Source of the DNA: a virus
Lineage: Duplodnaviria; Caudoviricetes
Reading direction: 5' to 3' (one strand)
IMG/VR virus record: IMGVR_UViG_3300022177_000077
Location: 1-29,900 of that record
Length of the DNA: 29,900 bases
Shown here: positions 24,923 through 29,900 of the stretch, one piece after another
How positions within the stretch are numbered: the first letter of the stretch is position 1
How the letters are laid out: every line of letters starts with the position of its first letter
Program-made: the position numbers and the translations under genes
Notes under the pieces: generated by a model
What the model saw: only the letters and a program-made list of their open reading frames with translations
The model's database searches: none
What the model was told of the DNA's origin: nothing

Positions 24923-25167
24923 AGCTGAACGAGAAAAATATCCTAGTACGCCTCTTTTTCACGTGGGGGGGCATCCCTTGGAAGAAGCCTCTTATCATGG
25001 TGTCGTGCGTCCATTTTCTCGTAATGGAAACGATCGGTCAGTTCTTCGGAAGGGACATTCCGCCCATTCTAGGCGAGATTTACAAGGTTTATATGTTCAC
25101 GGTCATTACGGCTGGCTTCGGCAGTTCCACGATCGAGGCATTCAGAGGCGACAAAAAGAAAGAGTGA
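24919..25167 (+). CDS. Putative holin (two TM helices, charged C-terminus)
   Basis: GGAGG RBS + GTG 24919; two hydrophobic segments, tail RGDKKKE. Confidence 0.6.
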   Translation: MKLNEKNILVRLFFTWGGIPWKKPLIMVSCVHFLVMETIGQFFGRDIPPILGEIYKVYMFTVITAGFGSSTIEAFRGDKKKE

Positions 25168-25172
25168 TCGCG

Positions 25173-25475
25173 ATGGAGAACAGGTCAAAGTGGATCAAAT
25201 TATTCGCGCTAATTGTTGTAATTGTTTGCGGTGTTCTGATTTACAAAACTGTCTACGGCAAGCCAGAGGCTTTGCAGAACGCGCAGAATGTGACTAACAG
25301 CGTTATTGAGCAGGGAACGGCTCACACCGAAACACAAAGGGAGAAGGTGAAAAATCATGCTGAACAGGCAAAACAGGAGGCGCGTAGAATCCGCGAAACT
25401 GTTAGTAAGGATATTTCTCGCCTTGACGGTGACGGCGTTGCTGATGCTGTTCGTGGGGCTATCCAGAGGCCGTAA
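25173..25475 (+). CDS. Rz/i-spanin-like protein, copy 1 (probably 3'-truncated)
   Basis: N-terminal TM helix + coiled coil; ISRLDGDGVADAV resembles ITDLDNDAVAAAW of 25595-25975. Confidence 0.55.
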   Translation: MENRSKWIKLFALIVVIVCGVLIYKTVYGKPEALQNAQNVTNSVIEQGTAHTETQREKVKNHAEQAKQEARRIRETVSKDISRLDGDGVADAVRGAIQRP

Positions 25476-25641
25476 ATGGGCCGATGACTTAATAGACAAG
25501 ATACTGTGGCAGCGGTATGGGCAAGGCAGCTATTACGGCAGCAATCCGTTTGGCCCACAAAATAACTTGAATAATCTCCAGGGAGATGATTCTGATGGAA
25601 ATACGAATAATGGAAATCAAGAGCTGGATCCGCGGGAATAA
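25357..25641 (+). pseudogene. Chimeric overlapped ORF: signal/TM segment of outer spanin-like copy 1 fused to unrelated sequence
   Basis: AKLLVRIFLALTVTALLML parallels AKLLKLLLILIMMLL of 25839-26315 in the same +1 overlap geometry. Confidence 0.45.
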
Positions 25642-25975
25642 ATGGGCGCTGCTGATCCTGATCGTAGCTTTAGCCGTCGGTGCTGCATTCTTCTATGTCA
25701 CTCACAGGACAGTGAAGCCCGGACACGTGGTCCAGTTTCCAGCAGCAGCTATATCAGCAGATATATCCGCAGCACGCATAGATGAGCTTATCAAGGACAT
25801 CAATAGTCAAAGATTCCAGGAAGAGGAGGTTGTTCGCAATGCGAAACGCAAAGCTGTTAAAGCTATTACTGATCTTGATAATGATGCTGTTGCCGCTGCA
25901 TGGAATGCCCGCATCGGCGAATACAGGGAGTCCAGGCAAAATCAAAACGGCAGAACCGGGAACGATCGTAACTGA
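25595..25975 (+). CDS. Rz/i-spanin-like protein, copy 2
   Basis: N-terminal TM helix (WALLILIVALAVGAAFFYV) + helical domain; at the end of the lysis module. Confidence 0.6.
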   Translation: MEIRIMEIKSWIRGNKWALLILIVALAVGAAFFYVTHRTVKPGHVVQFPAAAISADISAARIDELIKDINSQRFQEEEVVRNAKRKAVKAITDLDNDAVAAAWNARIGEYRESRQNQNGRTGNDRN

Positions 25976-26315
25976 AAGTGCCTATTTAGTGCCACTAGAA
26001 GACGGCAGAGACACTTTAGAGCTTATAGATACCCAATCCGCTGAAGTTAAGGCATTACAGGGCATCGTGGCGTCAAAAGATATTCAGATTGATAAACTAA
26101 TATCGGCTGTTGATGGTCTTAATAAGAACCGTCTGCAGGAACGTACTGAATGGCAGGAGCAGGTAGGATCTCTTGCGAATAAAAATATTGCTTTAGATAA
26201 AAAACTTGCAATAGAAAAGCGTAAACGATGGGCGATTGGCATCTTCGGGGGGCTTGCTAACAGCGGCGAGGGCGTTATAGGAATAGGAATAACTTATGAT
26301 ATTATTAGATTCTAA
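25839..26315 (+). CDS. Secreted coiled-coil protein ending in a beta-hairpin and Phe; candidate non-lipoprotein outer spanin
   Basis: GAGGAGG RBS; signal peptide with ASA site, no Cys; C-terminus WAIGIFGGLANSGEGVIGIGITYDIIRF; 137-bp overlap with the upstream gene. Confidence 0.6.
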   Translation: MRNAKLLKLLLILIMMLLPLHGMPASANTGSPGKIKTAEPGTIVTESAYLVPLEDGRDTLELIDTQSAEVKALQGIVASKDIQIDKLISAVDGLNKNRLQERTEWQEQVGSLANKNIALDKKLAIEKRKRWAIGIFGGLANSGEGVIGIGITYDIIRF

Positions 26316-26456
26316 TATGTTTTGAATGATAGATAAAAAAGCGTGGAAATGGCTGAGTCTCGATTTTCTTTAAGGTGATATAATTAAGAGCCAATTATGA
26401 TTGTATATGGTAACGGTGTGTAATCTTAGTTGGTATACAATAGCTAAAAAGACATA

Positions 26457-26485
26457 TTGCGTATAGTGAAGAATTTTTGTACTAT
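26457..26485 (+). promoter_or_regulatory. Sigma70-type promoter of the GNAT moron
   Basis: TTGCGT-17 bp-TACTAT, 30 bp upstream of ATG 26516. Confidence 0.6.
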
Positions 26486-26515
26486 GACCATAAGTAAGAG
26501 GGGAGGCGTGTTACG

Positions 26516-26683
26516 ATGGCAACGAGCAGTATTTATACTAGCGTAAGAGTAAAAAACAAAACAGACTGTAAAAAGCTAGTTGCTGCGTTGGAGCACGCAA
26601 TGGGCAAGAAAGCAAAAAAAGTTGTGTTTTCACGCTCAGTTGAGGTAATGAAAGGAGAAAAGGTTAAAGACCTTTTCAAATAA
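26516..26683 (+). CDS. 55-aa basic protein, putative antitoxin partner (below ORF-track cutoff)
   Basis: GGGAGG RBS; MATSSIYTSVRVKNKTDCKKLVAALEHAMGKK...DLFK; stop 1 bp before the GNAT start. Confidence 0.7.
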   Translation: MATSSIYTSVRVKNKTDCKKLVAALEHAMGKKAKKVVFSRSVEVMKGEKVKDLFK

Positions 26684-26684
26684 T

Positions 26685-27305
26685 ATGTCAGACAAACAGA
26701 TTCAGGGGTATAAGATTATATCTTTGAGTGATATGTTAAAACAGCTTGAAGAAGAGAGGACTGGGCAGATCCTCTCTTCTTTTTCGTCACCGTTGAATAA
26801 TGATGTAGAGTATTTTTTGAAGCAAAAAGCGATTCTTTTTGATAAACAATCAATATCAAGGACGCATTTAGTCTTCACGTCTTACCGTGGCGAAGTTGTC
26901 TTGGTAGGCTATTTTACACTTGCTTATAAGGAGTTTACAATACCTGCCAAAAATATTAGCAGGAAATTGAAAGATAGAATCAATAAATTCGGCAACTACG
27001 ATTGCGATATAAGAGCGTATAAAATATCTGCACCTCTGATTGCGCAGTTGAGTAAAAATTTTACCAATGACTATTGCAAACTGATTACCGGAGATGAGCT
27101 TCTTAAAATGGCTTGTGATATGGCTTCGGAAATACACATGATTGCCGGTGGAAAAATTGTATATGTCGAATGTGAAGATAATGTTAAATTAAGAGATTTT
27201 TATGAGGACAACGGTTTTGTTATATTTAACGAACGTCAGCTTGACGCAAGGTCAAAAGAAAAAATGGGTGTAGATTACTTACTGCAACTTTTACGCTATT
27301 TCTAA
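26685..27305 (+). CDS. GNAT-family acetyltransferase, toxin-like
   Basis: FSSPLNNDVEYFLK, LVGYFTL, APLIAQLSKN, VYVEC, LRDFYEDNGF. Confidence 0.8.
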   Translation: MSDKQIQGYKIISLSDMLKQLEEERTGQILSSFSSPLNNDVEYFLKQKAILFDKQSISRTHLVFTSYRGEVVLVGYFTLAYKEFTIPAKNISRKLKDRINKFGNYDCDIRAYKISAPLIAQLSKNFTNDYCKLITGDELLKMACDMASEIHMIAGGKIVYVECEDNVKLRDFYEDNGFVIFNERQLDARSKEKMGVDYLLQLLRYF

Positions 27306-27370
27306 TCTATAAAAACATAAAACCCCGATAAACAAACACCGGTATTAGAGCTTAATCAAGCAAGTTATTC

Positions 27371-27404
27371 TGGCAACCCCTAGGGGATTCGAACCCCTGT
27401 TGGC
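27371..27404 (-). other. tRNA-Glu-like 3' fragment (att core)
   Basis: Minus strand CAACAGGGGTTCGAATCCCCTAGGGGTTGCCA = T-arm + 3' acceptor strand + CCA, like bacterial tRNA-Glu; no 5' half. Confidence 0.8.
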
Positions 27405-28577
27405 CTATATCTTTAAATTCGGTTTCAGCGGTACATCCTTTCCATCCCGTACAGCGATCAGAAAGTTACCCCACCATTCCATCATGACTGTTCTCTGAGT
27501 CATATACTGAGCTCTGTTGTAAGTTCTTCTTATAGTATTTCTGTCAACATGTGATAGCTGGTGCTCGACAACGTCAGCCGGCCATTCATACTCATTCAAG
27601 ATGGTGCTGGCCATCGATCTGAACCCGTGGGCTGTCATATCTTCCTTCTCATACCCCATGGATCTTAAGGCCATGCGGACGGCTCCATCGCTTAAATGCC
27701 TGCCGCCTCCGCGTGGAGAAGGGAAGAGCCAGGTCTTGTTTCCTGATATTGACTGGAGTTCTTTCAATACCCTTATAGCTTCAGTTGAGAGTGGAACAAC
27801 ATGCTCGTTTTTCTCTTTCATCTTTTCGCCTGGTATACGCCATTCTTTCTTGTTGAGATCAAACTCTTTCCACTCTGCCTGCCTAATTTCGACTGGACGG
27901 ACAAATGTCAGGGCCGACATTATCATCAGATACCGTACTAATCTTTGAGGATAGGCATAGACGCTGCGCATAAGGGCTCCAATATTTTCATTTTCAACAA
28001 CTGTTGCATAGTGTTTCTGGCGGTGCGGCTGCAGCGCTTTTGATATGGCAGCTGCTGGATTGACCAGAGTCCTGTCTGTTGTAATGGCATAATCAAAGAT
28101 TTGTTTCATAAACTGGCGTAATCTGTGTGAAGTGTCTATAAGTCCTTCTTTTTCAATTTGTCTGCAAAAAAGCAGGATTAAGTTAGGAGTAATTTCATTC
28201 AGTTTTCTATTGCCAAATTCTGGGATCAGATATTTATTCAGCCTCAATTCTACGGTCCTAACATAGTTTTTGCTTTTATCAGGAAGGATTACCGAGTTAA
28301 ACCATTCAGAGGCAAGCTCCTTAAAAGAATATTCTCCGGAGGGGCCACTTTTATCCTCTTTTCTAATCTCATAGTTCTTATCTCTTGCAGCCTTTAAGCT
28401 GACTCCAGGGTAGATCCCCAGGCTTTTACGTTTTTCTTTTCCGTCGATCCATAGGCGTGCGATCCAATATTTGCTTCCGTTAGGCCTGATGTCGAGGATC
28501 AATCCACGGCCATCTGACAGGCTGTATGGTTTTTCTTTGGGTTTCGCGTTCTTTATGATGATCTCAGTCAGAGCCAT
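27405..28577 (-). CDS. P4-like tyrosine integrase with N-terminal arm-binding domain
   Basis: KPKEKPYSLSDGRGL..SLGIYPGVSLKAAR; RPVE, KMK, TAHGFR, QLSH, TYNRAQY. Confidence 0.96.
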   Translation of the reverse strand: MALTEIIIKNAKPKEKPYSLSDGRGLILDIRPNGSKYWIARLWIDGKEKRKSLGIYPGVSLKAARDKNYEIRKEDKSGPSGEYSFKELASEWFNSVILPDKSKNYVRTVELRLNKYLIPEFGNRKLNEITPNLILLFCRQIEKEGLIDTSHRLRQFMKQIFDYAITTDRTLVNPAAAISKALQPHRQKHYATVVENENIGALMRSVYAYPQRLVRYLMIMSALTFVRPVEIRQAEWKEFDLNKKEWRIPGEKMKEKNEHVVPLSTEAIRVLKELQSISGNKTWLFPSPRGGGRHLSDGAVRMALRSMGYEKEDMTAHGFRSMASTILNEYEWPADVVEHQLSHVDRNTIRRTYNRAQYMTQRTVMMEWWGNFLIAVRDGKDVPLKPNLKI

Positions 28578-28688
28578 GATATCCCCTCCACCGTATAAAA
28601 TACTGTGACCGTATGACGTATTTATACAAATAATTATACAGTATTGAATGAATAACAGTGGTTATTTATAGTTATCTGTGGTTAGCTG

Positions 28689-28727
28689 AAAAAGCAAGAA
28701 ACCCTGCTGTGGGCAGGGTTTCTTGGG
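28689..28727 (-). terminator. Intrinsic terminator downstream of tRNA-Val
   Basis: CAAGAAACCCTGC/GCAGGGTTTCTTG stem with a T run on the minus strand. Confidence 0.8.
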
Positions 28728-28754
28728 TGTATGGAAACGTGTGGATTATTGGCT

Positions 28755-28829
28755 TGGTGGGCGATATTGGGTTCGAACCAACGACTTCCACCGTGTGAAG
28801 GTGACACTCTACCGCTGAGTTAATCGCCC
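28755..28829 (-). tRNA. tRNA-Val (anticodon CAC), CCA encoded
   Basis: GGGCGAT/ATCGCCC acceptor stem, anticodon loop TTCACAC, T-loop TTCGAAC, ACCA end; 75 nt. Confidence 0.97.
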
Positions 28830-28848
28830 GTCGTCTGCATCGGATGGA

Positions 28849-28877
28849 ATTATACTTGCTTAGTTACAATATTTCAA
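28849..28877 (-). promoter_or_regulatory. Sigma70 promoter of tRNA-Val
   Basis: TTGAAA-17 bp-TATAAT on the minus strand. Confidence 0.8.
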
Positions 28878-29054
28878 GTTCTTCCTATAATTTTGCTCAA
28901 AGAACAACATTATTAACAACGGGTTGGTTTGGGGAGGCAGGCTGGAAAGGCCGCAATGATGAAATGTCAGACAGGAAGCCGATTCCCACAATCGGCCATA
29001 TTTGGTGTAAAATAGTTCCCGTTGGAAAAACCCAAACGAGAGGTCGGATGCCGG

Positions 29055-29900
29055 ATGATCCTCTGCACAAAAATGAACGGCAACGGAAACGATTTTCTGA
29101 TCATCGACAACATGGATCTTAAATACAGTAAGGAAATCTTGTCGGGGTATGCCAAAGCCCTCTGCAGAAGAAGAGAGTCGCTTGGAGCTGACGGAATACT
29201 TGTCGCCGAGCCTTCCGGGGTATGCGACTTCAAAATGAGACTCTTCAACCGCGACGGCACAGAGGGAGAGATGTGCGGCAACGGTGCAAGGTGCATTGCA
29301 AGATATGCATTTCTTAAGAGAATCGCAAAGGATCCCGTAATGGCGTTTGAGACACTTGGCGGCAGGGTGGAGGCAGCCGTACAAGGCGCGAGGGTCGTGA
29401 TCAAGCTGTCTCCGGTCGACGTCTCGGGTCTTATTCTGGATGTTCCGGCCTCTGTCGAGGGCTATGGTTTCAATTACACTTTTTTGACGGTAGGAGTTCC
29501 CCATACGGTGATCTTTGAGAAGGAAAAACTTAATTCAGAGGACTTCTACAGGAAGATCGGCCGGTCGATAAGGCTGAGGACTGACCTTTTCCCTGAAGGA
29601 TCGAACATCAACTTCGTCTCTCCGAGAGGAAGTTTCGATAAAGGGCTGGAAGTGCTTACCTATGAGAGGGGGGTGGAGGACCTCACCCTTTCATGCGGTA
29701 CCGGCTCGACTGCGAGCGCTATAGCAGCTTTTAAGGCAGGACTCACAGGACCTGTCGTGGATGTTTATAACCCCGGAGGCCTCAACAGGGTATCGCTTTT
29801 GGAGGGGCCCTCGGATACCCTTCTGCCCGAACTTGAGGGCGGCGCCTCTTACATTGCGGAAATAGAGGCCTCGGAGGAAGCTTTAGAAAAGTATAATTAA
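29055..29900 (+). CDS. dapF: Diaminopimelate epimerase (host gene)
   Basis: KMNGNGNDF, GADG, EMCGNGARC, GVPH, YERGV..TLSCGTGS. Confidence 0.93.
   Translation: MILCTKMNGNGNDFLIIDNMDLKYSKEILSGYAKALCRRRESLGADGILVAEPSGVCDFKMRLFNRDGTEGEMCGNGARCIARYAFLKRIAKDPVMAFETLGGRVEAAVQGARVVIKLSPVDVSGLILDVPASVEGYGFNYTFLTVGVPHTVIFEKEKLNSEDFYRKIGRSIRLRTDLFPEGSNINFVSPRGSFDKGLEVLTYERGVEDLTLSCGTGSTASAIAAFKAGLTGPVVDVYNPGGLNRVSLLEGPSDTLLPELEGGASYIAEIEASEEALEKYN

Larger units (their letters stand above)
1..28755. mobile_element. Integrated siphovirus-type prophage (late half; left end outside window; right end at the tRNA-Glu fragment ~27371 or the tRNA-Val 3' end ~28755)
   Basis: Contiguous packaging, head, tail and lysis modules in canonical order, ending at an integrase and tRNA next to host dapF. 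Confidence 0.95.

Noticed and set aside
3409-25945. Numerous minus-strand ORFs (e.g. 6586-7377, 18625-19365, 12861-13361)
   Set aside because: Antisense shadows of well-supported plus-strand phage genes with no motifs
27371-27445. Complete second tRNA gene
   Set aside because: Only the T-arm and 3' acceptor strand are present; the upstream sequence is integrase coding region and cannot form D or anticodon arms
28844-29504. ORFs 28844-29122, 28860-29504 and 28967-29404
   Set aside because: Overlap dapF and the tRNA promoter; no coding features

Overview
About 28.7 kb of this window is the late half of an integrated long-tailed (siphovirus-type, HK97-like head) prophage on the + strand. Gene order: 3' end of a DnaC/IstB-like helicase loader, putative late regulator, a small membrane-protein moron, orphan DNA methyltransferase, small tyrosine recombinase with an adjacent array of dif/res-like sites, HNH, TerS, TerL, portal, ClpP-type protease, major capsid, head-tail genes, tail tube, chaperones, tape measure, a lambda M-L-K-J-like tail tip, tail fibre, a mosaic lysis region and an AT-rich small-ORF/GNAT moron. 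A P4-type integrase (- strand) sits between a tRNA-Glu 3' fragment and an intact tRNA-Val(CAC), followed by host dapF. The most notable features are: (i) a -1 frameshift that appends two X2/Ig-like domains to the capsid; (ii) a gpL-like hub protein split by a ~770-aa insert; (iii) a tail tube protein with a sheath-like C-terminal domain; (iv) a tandem-duplicated head-closure protein; (v) an overlapped spanin-like pair whose outer component has no lipobox but ends in a beta-hairpin/Phe; (vi) att-like sites from two different tRNAs around one integrase; (vii) the recombinase plus site array before the packaging genes. All family calls come from motif recognition by eye; no database search was run.
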